DNA of 64,000 nt, from contig UQPN01000001.1 of the NCBI GenBank assembly GCA_900542935.1, forward strand, positions 108,149 to 172,148. The letters run 5' to 3'. Below are positions 1 through 9,986 of this stretch, piece after piece; the first letter of the stretch is position 1; every line of letters begins with the position of its first letter. The notes beneath the pieces are model-generated. The model saw only the letters and a program-made list of their open reading frames with translations, had not been told where the DNA came from and made no database searches. Made by a program: the position numbers and the translations under genes. The stretch is from an uncultured Eubacteriales bacterium (GTDB taxonomy: Bacteria > Bacillota > Clostridia > Christensenellales > Borkfalkiaceae).

Positions 1-403
1 CGTGCAGACGGACGTGCCGTTGAAAATCGAGTGCGAGTTCGTCGGCGAGGAAGAAATCCGCCGCCTCAACGCAAAGATGCGCGGCGTGGATAAAATCACC
101 GACGTGCTTTCTTTTCCGGAACTGGAATCCGTCAAAGGAAAGCCGATTAAAAAAGCGGAACACCCGTTCGAGACGGACGAGGACGGCGCCCTCGTCGTCG
201 GCTCGCTGGCGGTGTGCGTGAAACGCGCGAAAGAGCAGGCGGAAGAATACGGGCATTCGTACTACCGCGAGCTGAATTATCTTATCGTGCACGGCATATT
301 GCACTGCCTCGGCTACGATCATATCGAAGAGGCCGACAAGGCGGAAATGCGCGGCAAGGAAGAAGAAATTTTAGGCGGCATGGGCATTACGCGCGAAGCG
401 TAA
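1..403 (+). CDS. ybeY: Endoribonuclease YbeY (rRNA maturation factor), C-terminal part; gene starts upstream of the window
   Basis: Zinc-binding motif HGILHCLGYDH (H-x3-H-x5-H); lies immediately upstream of era as in Firmicutes. Confidence 0.85.
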   Translation, partial: VQTDVPLKIECEFVGEEEIRRLNAKMRGVDKITDVLSFPELESVKGKPIKKAEHPFETDEDGALVVGSLAVCVKRAKEQAEEYGHSYYRELNYLIVHGILHCLGYDHIEEADKAEMRGKEEEILGGMGITREA

Positions 404-435
404 GCGGAACACACAAGGAGAGAAATACAGCGGCT

Positions 436-1341
436 ATGAGAAGCGGTTACGTAGCGGTGATAGGCAAAGCCAACGCAGGGAAAAGCACGCTCATCAACGT
501 GATGGTGGGGGAGAAAGTATCAATCGTATCCCCGCGCCCGCAAACCACGCGGGACAGAATACTGGGGGTGCTGACGGAAAAGGACAGCCAGATCGTGTTT
601 GTGGATACCCCCGGCATCTATAAGGCGCGCAACGCGCTCACCGACGTCATGATGCGCACCACGGAAGAAAGTTCGAAGGACGTAGACGCGATTTTATTCG
701 TCGTTGACGGGCACGAAAAATTAAGCGAGGAAGATTTTTCGCTGATGCGGAAGTATCGCGCGCAGGCGGAAAAAACCGATACTCCGTTCGTTGTGGCGTA
801 TACGAAAACGGACATCATGCCCAAGGAAAAAATTCCCGGCGATCTCGCGCTGTTCGCGGAAAAGCTGGAGGGAACGGACGTATTCCCCGTCTCGGCGCGA
901 AAAGGCAGAAACGTGCGCGCGCTGAAAGAATTTCTCGTCAATCTTCTGCCGGAGGGCGGCAAGGTATTCGAAGAGGAAATCGTATCCGACCGCAGCGAAA
1001 AATTCATGATAGCGGAAATCATGCGCGAAAAAATTCTGCTGAAATTCGATCAGGAAATTCCGCACGGCGTCGCTGTCGTTATCAACACGTTTACGCGCAA
1101 CGAAAACGGCGTATACGATATCAACCTCGATATCGTGTGCGAAAAGCAGGCGCACAAAGCGATTTTAATCGGCAAGCAGGGCAGGGCCATCAAAGAAGTT
1201 TCCTCGTTCGCGCGGCAGGATATGGAAAAGTTTCTGCAAAGCAAAGTGTTCCTCACCACGTACGTAAAAGTAAAAGAGGACTGGCGCGACCGTCCGAATT
1301 TGATGAAAGAATTCGGCTACGAAAAGCCGCAGACGCCGTAA
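436..1341 (+). CDS. era: GTPase Era
   Basis: Translation MRSGYVAVIGKANAGKSTLIN with G1 motif, DTPG G3 motif and C-terminal KH domain; 301 aa; RBS aaggagag upstream; the 214-start ORF in the track is an upstream over-extension. Confidence 0.95.
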   Translation: MRSGYVAVIGKANAGKSTLINVMVGEKVSIVSPRPQTTRDRILGVLTEKDSQIVFVDTPGIYKARNALTDVMMRTTEESSKDVDAILFVVDGHEKLSEEDFSLMRKYRAQAEKTDTPFVVAYTKTDIMPKEKIPGDLALFAEKLEGTDVFPVSARKGRNVRALKEFLVNLLPEGGKVFEEEIVSDRSEKFMIAEIMREKILLKFDQEIPHGVAVVINTFTRNENGVYDINLDIVCEKQAHKAILIGKQGRAIKEVSSFARQDMEKFLQSKVFLTTYVKVKEDWRDRPNLMKEFGYEKPQTP

Positions 1342-1396
1342 GCGAATAAAATCGCGGCAAACCGCTCATTCTGTGGATAAACGGGAGGGCGGAACA

Positions 1397-1519
1397 ATGA
1401 GAAAGGAAAACGGAGAAACAAAGGCGGCGAAGCTCGCGTGGGAGCTGTTCGAAAAAACGGGCGGCGTAAGCTATTACATGCTTTATCGCGAACTGACGGA
1501 TAAAAATATAAAGCCGTAA
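1397..1519 (+). CDS. yqzL: YqzL-family small protein (40 aa)
   Basis: Small ORF MRKENGETKAAKLAWELFEKTGGVSYYMLYRELTDKNIKP between era and recO with a GGAGGG RBS; position and motif match the Firmicutes yqzL family. Confidence 0.55.
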   Translation: MRKENGETKAAKLAWELFEKTGGVSYYMLYRELTDKNIKP

Positions 1520-1543
1520 GCGCCGTAAAAACGCAGGAAAAAA

Positions 1544-2425
1544 ATGGAAATCAAAACGGACGCGATCGTGCTCCGCGCCGCCGATTATAAGGACGCGGAT
1601 AAAATTTTAACGCTGTTAACGCCTTCGGCGGGCAAACTCACCGCGGGCATCAAAGGCGTAAAAAAATCGGGCGCGCGCCTCGCGTTCGCCGCGCAGCCGT
1701 TCTCTTTCTGCGAATACGTTCTGGCGGAAAAAAACGGCAGAAACACGGTTACGTCCGCTTATCAGCACGACGGGTTTTTTCCGCTTCGCACGGATATCAC
1801 GCGTTATTATGCCGCGTGCGCGGTGGCGGAAATCGCGGACGAGCTTTCGGCGGAGGGCTCGGAAAACGAAGCGCTTTTCATTGCCGCGGCGCAGGCGCTC
1901 CGTTCGCTTGCCTACGGCGAAGAAAACGAAACGCCCGCCGAGGCGCTCTGTTCGTTTCTGCTCACCGCCCTTTTCGAAGCGGGGTATATGATAGACCTTG
2001 ACGGCTGCGGCGCCTGCGGCAACGAAATCGAAAAACGCGCGGGCGCGGAAAAATCGGCTTGCTATTTCGATTTTTCGGGCGGCAGATTTCTGTGCGGAAA
2101 CTGTGGCGCGGCGGCGGGCGGCGCAGGCGGAAATTTGGTGCGCGCAAGCATAAAAACATACGATTTTTTGCGTAAAATCAGCGGAATTTCGTGCGAAAAT
2201 ACGCAAAAAAACGTTGATTCCGGGGCAAAAAATGCAGAAAATACGCTTAAAAACGGCGATTTTTTTGATAAAAACGGGGCAAAAACAAGCAAAAACGACG
2301 CGGAATTACGCGCTTTACGCCTGTTAAAAGCCTATTTATCGGGCAAAACGGAGCGGGATTATCCGTGCTTTACGGAATTTTACCGCTTGTATCGCGACGA
2401 TTTCAAAGGGGATTTTCGCGAATAA
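1544..2425 (+). CDS. recO: DNA repair protein RecO
   Basis: N-terminal OB-fold region MEIKTDAIVLRAADYKDADKILTLLT; C-terminal Cys4 zinc motif CGACG...CGNCG; conserved era-recO synteny. Confidence 0.9.
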   Translation: MEIKTDAIVLRAADYKDADKILTLLTPSAGKLTAGIKGVKKSGARLAFAAQPFSFCEYVLAEKNGRNTVTSAYQHDGFFPLRTDITRYYAACAVAEIADELSAEGSENEALFIAAAQALRSLAYGEENETPAEALCSFLLTALFEAGYMIDLDGCGACGNEIEKRAGAEKSACYFDFSGGRFLCGNCGAAAGGAGGNLVRASIKTYDFLRKISGISCENTQKNVDSGAKNAENTLKNGDFFDKNGAKTSKNDAELRALRLLKAYLSGKTERDYPCFTEFYRLYRDDFKGDFRE

Positions 2426-2455
2426 AAATACATATTTCAAAGGACATATTTTTCA

Positions 2456-4285
2456 ATGGAGCAACAATTAACGATGAACGAAACGGAACCCGCCGCGGAA
2501 AAAAGCGGCAAAGGCGCAGATACGGCTAAGCCTGTTACGCGGGCGACGAAAGCAAAACGGCAGAAAGAAATTCTGCGCGCATTGCTGGAAAAAAAGCCGT
2601 ATAAGTGGAACGAACTTTTAGAGGAAGCCGTGAAAGAATACACGGCGAAATACCCCGAAGAAAACGCGGATATTCCCGATATCAAAGGCAAATTCGGCTC
2701 GAATTTCTCGCTGATGGAAGACGCCGGCGAAGTGCTTTTCGATAAAGCCACAAATATGTGTTCGCTGAAAATCGAAGAGCCGAAAAAGCGCGGCAGAAAA
2801 CCCGCTGCCGGCAAAGCCGAAAAAACGTCGGAAGCGGTGCAGGAAAAGGAAGAGGAAAAACGTACGGCGATAGAAGAATCGTTGAAAAAAGCAGTGGAAA
2901 AAGCCGTGGCGAAAGCGGAAGCGTTGGGCAGAAAACGCACGAAAAAGTCCGCCGCCGAAACGGCTGAAATGCAGGCGGCGGAACCGACTTCGGGGGCAAA
3001 GCCCGAAGCAAAATCCGAAACAAAATCCGAAGCAAAAGCGGAGGAAAAACCGCAGCCGAAAAAAAGGGGAAGAAAACCCGCGGCAAAAGCCGCCGAACCC
3101 GTGCCCGCCCCTGCGGATTCGCTTGCGCCCGCGCCCGTAACGGAAGAAAAGCCGGCAGAAAAACCCGCGGCAAAAGAGATGGAAAAAGCGGCGGAAAAAC
3201 CCGTTGCAGCCGCCTCTGCCCCCGTGAAAGCGGCGGAAAAGAAAGAGGAAAAATCCCCCGCAAAAGCGGAAAAAACGCCTGCGAAAAAGGACGCGTTTAA
3301 AGATTTGTGGCTGACTGATTTCGTATTCCTCGGCAACGCCGCCAACGCAAAAAAAGAAGAAAAAGCCGCGTCGAAAGCGGAAGCCGCCCCGGCAGCGAAA
3401 GCGGAAGAAAAATCGGAACAGAAAGAAGAGTCGGCAGCCGAAACGAAGCTTACGGAAGAAAAATCTGCGGAAAAGCCCGCCGAAGCAAAAGAGGATGCAA
3501 AGCCGTTGCAAGCCGCGCAGACTTCGCCGAAAAGCGCGGCGCAGAATACGCAGAATACGCAAAACGCGCAGAATACGCAGAGCACGCAGAAAGCGCAGAC
3601 TTCTGCGGGGACGCGCACGGCGCAGCCGCGCGAAACATCTTCCCGTACGGCGCAGCCGCAAACGCGCGCCGCGGCTCGTACGGCACCGTCCCGCGAAACT
3701 TCTTCCCGCATAGCGCAAAGCGCCGTTTCTCCCCGCACGGCGGACGAGAAACTGAAAGAGGAATTTCTGAAGAGATTGCGCGCGCTTTCGGGCGAATATT
3801 TCGAGTATTATTCGGTGTATCTGCTGGAGCGGTATTCGCTGAAAAGCGGCAGACGGCTGGAAGGACTTCGCATTTCGGGCGGCAAAAACGACGGCGGAAT
3901 AGACGGCGAAATAGAGCTGACGGACAGATTCGGCTTCCGCGAAACCATCTACATACAGGCGAAGAACTGGGATCCGACGAAGGGACTTGCCGAAAAGTGG
4001 ATGATAGGGGAAACGCTGGTGCAGCAGTTTGTGGGCGCGGCGACGTGCCGACAGATGCGGGACGGCAAGCGGAATTGCCGCGGTATTTTCGTAACGACTT
4101 CCACGTTTACGAAGGACGCGAAAGACGCCCTGGAAGTGCTGGGCGAAAAGTTTATCGGCTACGACGCCAACGACGTTTTCGAAACGGCGAAAGAGTGCGG
4201 ATTCGGGCTGATTAAGGTAAACGGCGTGTGGCAGCTTGACGAGAAGCTGCTTGCCGGCGACAAAGCGTTTTTTAATTTGATATAA
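2456..4285 (+). CDS. Protein with histone-H1-like lysine/alanine/glutamate-rich low-complexity region and C-terminal Mrr-type restriction endonuclease domain
   Basis: C-terminus GGKNDGGIDGEIEL...IYIQAKNW...GIFVTTSTFTKDA matches the Mrr_cat PD-(D/E)xK-like fold; the long K/A/E/P-rich middle explains the spurious antisense ORFs at 2437-3738 and 2618-3718. Confidence 0.75.
   Translation: MEQQLTMNETEPAAEKSGKGADTAKPVTRATKAKRQKEILRALLEKKPYKWNELLEEAVKEYTAKYPEENADIPDIKGKFGSNFSLMEDAGEVLFDKATNMCSLKIEEPKKRGRKPAAGKAEKTSEAVQEKEEEKRTAIEESLKKAVEKAVAKAEALGRKRTKKSAAETAEMQAAEPTSGAKPEAKSETKSEAKAEEKPQPKKRGRKPAAKAAEPVPAPADSLAPAPVTEEKPAEKPAAKEMEKAAEKPVAAASAPVKAAEKKEEKSPAKAEKTPAKKDAFKDLWLTDFVFLGNAANAKKEEKAASKAEAAPAAKAEEKSEQKEESAAETKLTEEKSAEKPAEAKEDAKPLQAAQTSPKSAAQNTQNTQNAQNTQSTQKAQTSAGTRTAQPRETSSRTAQPQTRAAARTAPSRETSSRIAQSAVSPRTADEKLKEEFLKRLRALSGEYFEYYSVYLLERYSLKSGRRLEGLRISGGKNDGGIDGEIELTDRFGFRETIYIQAKNWDPTKGLAEKWMIGETLVQQFVGAATCRQMRDGKRNCRGIFVTTSTFTKDAKDALEVLGEKFIGYDANDVFETAKECGFGLIKVNGVWQLDEKLLAGDKAFFNLI
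3538..3599 (+). repeat. In-frame 9-bp tandem repeat (cagaatacg-like, about 5 units, encoding QNTQNTQNAQNTQSTQ) inside the Mrr-domain gene
   Basis: Direct reading of the sequence. Confidence 0.7.
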
Positions 4286-4305
4286 AAGAGTTAGAGAAAA
4301 TTAAA

Positions 4306-4345
4306 AAGCCCGCGGGGACGAAAAGTTCGTCCCCGCGGGCGATTG
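4306..4345. terminator. Bidirectional rho-independent terminator between convergent genes
   Basis: Stem cccgcggggacgaa / ttcgtccccgcggg (14 bp) with loop aagt and flanking A/T runs on both sides. Confidence 0.7.
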
Positions 4346-4392
4346 TTTGCTTTTAATAAATTTGTTTTCGGTATGGCTCTTCTGTTAATGTT

Positions 4393-5565
4393 TTACCACG
4401 TTTCGATTTCGCCGTCTGAATTGTAGTGCCAGAAGTTTCCGCTTGCGGCGGGCTTCGTTGCGCTATAATAATAACGGGTTGCGTCTGTTAAGGGTATGTT
4501 ATTATCATCTATACTCATTTGATTCCATTCGTTTTCGCTTCCTTTATAATAGACGCTTGTAAGATTGTCGCAATAAGAAAAGGCAGAATTTTTGATAGAA
4601 GTAACGCTGTTCGGGATTGTTATGGTCGTAAGCATGCGGCAAGAGAAGAACGCATCACTGCCGATAGAAGTAACGCTATTCGGTATCGTTACGCTTTTAA
4701 GACTGCTGCAAACAAAGAACGCCTGCTCGCCGATAGAGGTTACGCTATTTGGTATTGTTATGCTTGTAAGACTGCTGCAATTGCTGAATGCACCGATGCC
4801 GATAGAAGTAACGGAATTCGGTATCGTAATGCTTGTAAGACCGCTGCAACAGTGGAACGCGGAACTGCCGATAGAAGTAACGGAATTCGGTATCGTAATG
4901 CTTGTAAGGCCGCGGCAACTTTCGAACGCGTAACTGCCGATAGAAGTAACGCTATCCGGCATCGTAATGCTTGTAAGTTTATAGCAACTTCTGAACGCAT
5001 AATTGCCGATGAAAGTAATGGTGTCGGGGAGAGTTATGCTTATAAGATTTTCGCACTTATCAAACCCTTTTTCGCTGATGGCGGTTACGGGTTTACCTTT
5101 ATACGCGGCGGGAAGGCTGACGTTGTTCATTTGTGTTGCTTTGCCGACGGATACGCTGTAAGTGCCGTCGTCAAGCGGGTAAAACTCAAAAATCTGAGTT
5201 TTATCGTCTGTGTCGGCGCGGCCATCGGCTTTCAGCCAGTTAAGAAAATCCTGTTCGGTGCCGGTATGTCCGTTATCCAGCCAGATTTCGTAGGCGGATT
5301 TTCCGGTTGCGCCTGTATTGTCGCCGTCCGTTTTATCGCTTATGCCGCCCTTTTCGCCTTTGATGATAGCCAGCCATTCTTCGTACGAGAGGGGCGTTTC
5401 TCCGTTTCCTTCCGCGTTGGTTACATAAGAAGTGTAAATTTCGTGGATTTCCGCGTTTTGTTGCGGGGCGTTTCCTCCGCCCGTTTTTTCGCAAGCGGAA
5501 AAGACGGAAGTGGCGCAGGACAATGCCAGTGTGGCGATTACGGGAGTTAAAAATTTTTTCTTCAT
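4393..5565 (-). CDS. Leucine-rich-repeat (BspA/TpLRR-type) putative surface lipoprotein
   Basis: N-terminal signal MKKKFLTPVIATLALSCATSVFSAC, then about 10 tandem repeats of a 23-aa unit (SITIPNSVTSIGxxAFxxCxxLT). Confidence 0.8.
   Translation of the reverse strand: MKKKFLTPVIATLALSCATSVFSACEKTGGGNAPQQNAEIHEIYTSYVTNAEGNGETPLSYEEWLAIIKGEKGGISDKTDGDNTGATGKSAYEIWLDNGHTGTEQDFLNWLKADGRADTDDKTQIFEFYPLDDGTYSVSVGKATQMNNVSLPAAYKGKPVTAISEKGFDKCENLISITLPDTITFIGNYAFRSCYKLTSITMPDSVTSIGSYAFESCRGLTSITIPNSVTSIGSSAFHCCSGLTSITIPNSVTSIGIGAFSNCSSLTSITIPNSVTSIGEQAFFVCSSLKSVTIPNSVTSIGSDAFFSCRMLTTITIPNSVTSIKNSAFSYCDNLTSVYYKGSENEWNQMSIDDNNIPLTDATRYYYSATKPAASGNFWHYNSDGEIETW
4590..5010. repeat. 69-bp tandem repeats encoding the LRR units
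   Basis: Repeated gatagaagtaacg...ttcgg..tcgt.atgcttgtaag units visible in the sequence; both strands give long ORFs here. Confidence 0.7.
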
Positions 5566-5769
5566 AAATTATACCTTTACGGAACAATGTTTTTTCGGCT
5601 TTGCAGGGCGGAGATTGCATCTGCTGTGCCGGGGTGTTCCGCCGAAAATATTATAACACAAAGAAAATTTTTGCGCAAGTTTCTACGGGCAGACGTATGC
5701 CGAGGAAACGGAATTTTCTTAAAATTTTTATTTCTTTCTTGAAAAATCGGAGAAAATGGGGGGTGTCCT

Positions 5770-6245
5770 CTTCAGTCCGCTTTGCGGACAGCTTCCCCGA
5801 AGGGGAAGCCGAGGAAATAAGGGTGCACGTTTGATTGAAAGCTATTTATCGTAAAGGTAACCGCCCCTTTGTTTGAAAATTTTTTGTAAGGTAAATTTTC
5901 AAACAAAAAAGAAAAGCGAGCTTTTCTTCATTTGTCCAAAGCTTTGCTTTGTCCACCTTCCCCCCAAGGGGAAGGTTTGAAATAAGGCTTCAATTTTTAC
6001 AGATAGGGAAGTTACAAACAACAGTTCGAAGTTGAAGCGCCCCTTGATTTTTCAGAAATTCCTTCCGGAATATTCAGAAAATCAAAAATGTGCTGCGCAT
6101 AATATGCTGCGCCCCTCATTCGTCGCCGTTCGGCGACACTTTCCCCCCAAGGGGAAAGCTATAAAAAGGCGATTTTCTAAATTTCATACGAATTGCAACA
6201 ATCCGTTACAAAACGGGCGATGCCCGCCCCGAAGGGGAAGCCTTA
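5770..6245. repeat. Degenerate roughly 180-bp intergenic repeat family with four copies of a GC-rich hairpin (cttcccc-N2-3-ggggaag) each followed by aaataagg or aaagaagg
   Basis: Hairpins at about 5791-5809, 5957-5976, 6139-6158 and 6224-6240; two of the copies are directly preceded by their own upstream hairpins (gtccgc..gcggac at 5775-5789, and gtcgccgttcggcgac); a separate 12-bp inverted repeat gtttgaaaattt/aaattttcaaac lies at about 5870-5905; repeated cgcccctt-g-tttt-gaaaatt motif. Confidence 0.5.
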
Positions 6246-6538
6246 AAGAAGGCGGAGATTGACTTGTTGCATCGCCTTGCGGCAGGCGCGAAAGATTAAG
6301 ATAATTTTACGAAAAAAAATAAAAATAGCCCTTATAAAGACTTGATATTTTTTGCGTTTTATAGTAAAATAAGAATCGGTCGGATTTCCTGCCGCTTCTT
6401 TTTGCGTGGCGTTTATACCGCTTTCCGGGCGCTTTTTCGGCGCTGTACGGAGCTTTTTGCGGTGCGGGCGGGATTTTCCGTTTTAAATTCATCAAAGTAC
6501 CAAAAATCAAGAATTTTCATTTGGAGGAAGTATCACTT

Positions 6539-9184
6539 ATGGCTAAAAAGTATTGCTATCTGTTTACCGAAGGCAACGCGAAGATGCGCGAGCTGCTCGG
6601 CGGCAAGGGCGCGAACCTTGCGGAAATGACCAACATCGGTCTGCCTGTTCCCCAAGGCTTCACCATTTCTACGGAAGCCTGCACTCAGTATTACGAGGAC
6701 GGCAAACAGATCAATCCCGACATTCAGGCGGAGATTATGGAATACATCGACAAGATGGAAAAAATCTGCGGAAAGAAATTCGGCGACAAGGAAAATCCTT
6801 TGCTCGTTTCCGTGCGTTCCGGCGCGCGCGCTTCCATGCCCGGCATGATGGACACCATCTTAAACCTCGGCTTGAACGAAGAAGTGGTAAACGTTATCGC
6901 TACGAAATCGAATAACCCCCGTTGGGCGTGGGACTGCTACAGAAGATTTATTCAGATGTTCTCCGACGTGGTTATGGAAGTAGGCAAGAAGTACTTCGAA
7001 AAACTTATCGACGAGATGAAAGAGAAGAAAGGCGTTACGCAGGACGTAGAGCTGGACGCGGAAGATCTGAAAACGCTTGCCAACCAGTTCAAAGCCGAAT
7101 ATAAGAAGCAGCTGGGCAAAGAATTCCCCAACGACCCGAAAGAACAGCTGTTCGAAGCTATCAAAGCCGTGTTCCGTTCGTGGGACAACCCCCGTGCGAA
7201 CATCTATCGTATGGACCACGACATCCCTTACAGCTGGGGCACTGCCGTAAACGTACAGATGATGGCGTTCGGCAACATGGGCGACAACTGCGGCACCGGC
7301 GTTGCGTTTACGCGTAACCCCGCTACCGGCGAAAAAGGCTTGATGGGCGAATTCTTAACGAACGCTCAGGGCGAGGACGTTGTTGCCGGCGTGCGTACCC
7401 CGATGCCCATCGCGAAGATGGCGGAAGTATTCCCCGAAGTGTACAAGCAGTTCCAGGAAGTTTGCAAGATTCTCGAAAACCATTACCGCGATATGCAGGA
7501 TATGGAATTCACCGTGGAGAACGAGAAACTGTACATGCTTCAGACGCGTAACGGCAAGCGTACGGCGGCTGCCGCTATCAAGATTGCGTGCGACCTCATC
7601 GACGAGGGCATGATTACCGAGCAGGAAGCGCTGATGCAGATCGACGCGAAGTCGCTCGACATGCTGCTGCACCCCACGTTCGACGCGAAAGATTTGAAAG
7701 CGGCGGACAAGACCGACGTGATCGGCAAGGGTATCGCGGCTTCTCCCGGCGCGGCGGCGGGCTCCATCGTATTTACGGCGGAGGACGCGGTGAAAGAAGG
7801 AAAGAACAAGAAGAAGGTGATTCTTGTCCGCCTTGAAACTTCGCCCGAAGATATCGAAGGCATGAAGTATTCGCAGGGTATTTTGACGGTGCGCGGCGGT
7901 CAGACGTCGCACGCTGCCGTGGTTGCCCGCGGTATGGGTACGTGCTGCGTTTCCGGTTGCGGCGACATCAAGATGCACGAGGACGAGAAGTACTTCGAAC
8001 TTGCCGGCAAGATTTATCGCGAAGGCGACGAGATTTCGCTGGACGGCTCTACCGGTAACATTTACGGCAGACTGATCAAGACGGTTCCCGCAGATCCCAA
8101 CAGCGGCTATTTCGGACGCATTATGGAACTTGCGGATAAGTACAAGGCGCTCGGCGTTCGTACGAACGCGGATACCCCCAAGGACGCGAAGCAGGCGGCG
8201 GCGTTCGGCGCGCAGGGCATCGGTCTTTGCCGCACGGAGCATATGTTCTTCGATCCCGCTCGTATCGGCGCGTTCCGCGAAATGATCTGCTCCGACACGG
8301 TGGAAGAAAGAGTAGAAGCGCTTGCGAAAATCGAACCGATGCAGCAGGCGGACTTCGAAGGGTTGTTCGAAGCGCTGGGCGGTTATCCCGTAACCATCCG
8401 TTTCCTCGATCCCCCGCTTCACGAGTTCGTGCCTACGGAAAAAGCCGATATCGAAGCACTGGCGAAGGCGAAGAACAAGAGCGTGAAGCAGATTAAAGAA
8501 ATCATCGATTCGCTGCACGAATTCAACCCGATGATGGGACACCGCGGTTGCCGTCTGACGGTAACGTATCCCGAAATCGCCGTGATGCAGACGAAAGCCG
8601 TGATTAAGGCGGCGATGGCCGTGAAGGCAAGACATGCGGACTGGAACATCGTTCCCGAAATCATGATTCCGCTTACCGGCGAAGTAAAAGAACTGAAGTT
8701 CGTGAAAGACATCGTTGTTAAGACGGCGGACGAGCTGATTGCGGCTGCGAAATCCGATCTGAAGTACGAAGTAGGCACGATGATTGAAATTCCCCGCGCG
8801 GCGCTGACGGCGGACGAGATTGCGAAAGAGGCGGAATTCTTCTGCTTCGGTACGAACGATCTGACGCAGATGACGTTCGGCTTCTCGCGCGACGACGCAG
8901 GCAAGTTCCTGCCCGCGTACTATGCGAACAAGATTTACGAATCCGATCCGTTTGCGCGCCTTGATACCGTGGGCGTCGGCAAGCTGATGAAGATGGCGGT
9001 GGAACTGGGCAGAAAGACGCGTCCCGGTATGTCCTGCGGCATTTGCGGCGAACATGGCGGCGATCCTTCTTCCGTAGAATTCTGCCACGAAATCGGTTTG
9101 ACGTATGTTTCCTGCTCGCCGTTCCGCGTACCCATCGCGAGATTGGCCGCTGCGCAGGCGAACATCCGTAATCCGAGGGCGTAA
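6539..9184 (+). CDS. ppdK: Pyruvate, phosphate dikinase
   Basis: MAKKYCYLFTEGNAKMRELLGGKGANLAEMT N-terminus, phospho-His motif GGQTSHAAVVARGMG, PEP-utilising motifs CRTEHMF and GICGEHGGDP; RBS ggaggaag; the track ORF start at 6521 is probably an over-extension. Confidence 0.97.
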   Translation: MAKKYCYLFTEGNAKMRELLGGKGANLAEMTNIGLPVPQGFTISTEACTQYYEDGKQINPDIQAEIMEYIDKMEKICGKKFGDKENPLLVSVRSGARASMPGMMDTILNLGLNEEVVNVIATKSNNPRWAWDCYRRFIQMFSDVVMEVGKKYFEKLIDEMKEKKGVTQDVELDAEDLKTLANQFKAEYKKQLGKEFPNDPKEQLFEAIKAVFRSWDNPRANIYRMDHDIPYSWGTAVNVQMMAFGNMGDNCGTGVAFTRNPATGEKGLMGEFLTNAQGEDVVAGVRTPMPIAKMAEVFPEVYKQFQEVCKILENHYRDMQDMEFTVENEKLYMLQTRNGKRTAAAAIKIACDLIDEGMITEQEALMQIDAKSLDMLLHPTFDAKDLKAADKTDVIGKGIAASPGAAAGSIVFTAEDAVKEGKNKKKVILVRLETSPEDIEGMKYSQGILTVRGGQTSHAAVVARGMGTCCVSGCGDIKMHEDEKYFELAGKIYREGDEISLDGSTGNIYGRLIKTVPADPNSGYFGRIMELADKYKALGVRTNADTPKDAKQAAAFGAQGIGLCRTEHMFFDPARIGAFREMICSDTVEERVEALAKIEPMQQADFEGLFEALGGYPVTIRFLDPPLHEFVPTEKADIEALAKAKNKSVKQIKEIIDSLHEFNPMMGHRGCRLTVTYPEIAVMQTKAVIKAAMAVKARHADWNIVPEIMIPLTGEVKELKFVKDIVVKTADELIAAAKSDLKYEVGTMIEIPRAALTADEIAKEAEFFCFGTNDLTQMTFGFSRDDAGKFLPAYYANKIYESDPFARLDTVGVGKLMKMAVELGRKTRPGMSCGICGEHGGDPSSVEFCHEIGLTYVSCSPFRVPIARLAAAQANIRNPRA

Positions 9185-9237
9185 GCTTTTGGCGGAAAAC
9201 GGTTAAATTCCGGCATTTTAATACTGAATTTTAAGAA

Positions 9238-9273
9238 AAACAGCCATTCTCGCTTGAGTCTGGCTGTTTTTTT
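9238..9273 (+). terminator. Rho-independent terminator of ppdK
   Basis: acagcca-N14-tggctgt stem followed by a T7 run. Confidence 0.7.
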
Positions 9274-9395
9274 ACTCTTTTGAAGACAGCCAAAAATCGG
9301 AAAATGTGCTAAAATTATGGGGTGGTTCCTCAAATGTTACATTTTTCCATATATACTGTTGTATGTAAAAGAGGGCGACACAAGAGAGGTATTTT

Positions 9396-9947
9396 ATGTC
9401 GAAATATAAATTGATTATAGAGTATTACTTAAAAGGAAACAATCGCACGCAGATCGCTACGCTTTGCGATTGTTCCCGTATGACGGTCTGGCGCGTTTTG
9501 CAACGAGTAAACGCTATCGGTATCGGGCTTGACGAACTGAACGGAATGAGCGAAAAAGAACTTGCTTATTTGCTTTTCCCGGAAAGGACGAAACCGGGAG
9601 ACGGGTATCTGATTCCGGATTTTAAGTGGGAAGAGTTTCAGATGGTTAAGCATCGTTCGTCAATCAGGCTTTGCTGGCGGAGGTATTGCAAACGCGCTTT
9701 GAAACAAAACCTTGCGGCGTATAGTTGGAAAGTGTTTCTGACTTCGTATAACGATTACCGCCGACCGAAAATACAGGTTGATGATCCGGACGATAAAATC
9801 AGGACAAAATTGAAAAATTACAATTTTTTGTTGGCTTATTGCGAGAGCGATAAGGTTATGTATTCCGTGATTCAGACGGAAAAGGAAATGTGGCTGAAAT
9901 CGCTTGGACTGGACGAAAGCAAAATTATAAGCGATAGAAAAAAGTGA
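9396..9947 (+). pseudogene. IS21-family IstA transposase N-terminal fragment (HTH plus conserved W..Y region; lacks the DDE catalytic domain)
   Basis: IPDFKWEEFQMVKHRSSIRLCWRRY resembles the IstA motif PDWEE...GVTLxLLWEEY; 183 aa only; paralogue at 31053. Confidence 0.55.
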
Positions 9948-9986
9948 AAGAAATTAAAACTTCTTTGAATTTATTTCAAATACCTA

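Noticed and set aside
214-1341. 375-aa ORF extending era upstream
   Set aside because: Upstream part overlaps ybeY in another frame and is Arg-rich; the ATG at 436 with an RBS gives a canonical 301-aa Era.
2437-3738. Long minus-strand ORFs (433 aa and 366 aa) overlapping the Mrr-domain gene
   Set aside because: Cys/Phe/Arg-rich junk translation produced by the antisense of K/A/E-rich low-complexity coding; no RBS or motifs.
4519-5550. 343-aa plus-strand ORF opposite the LRR gene
   Set aside because: Antisense shadow of the tandem-repeat LRR gene; the minus strand has a signal peptide and LRR consensus.
5770-6245. Possible CRISPR array suggested by repeated GC-rich palindromes
   Set aside because: Repeats are degenerate, unequally spaced (about 85-180 bp) and embedded in longer repeated units; no cas genes; more consistent with REP/MITE-like or structured-RNA repeats.
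7355-9088. 577-aa minus-strand ORF inside ppdK
   Set aside because: Arg-rich antisense shadow of a high-GC gene; ppdK identity on the plus strand is unambiguous.
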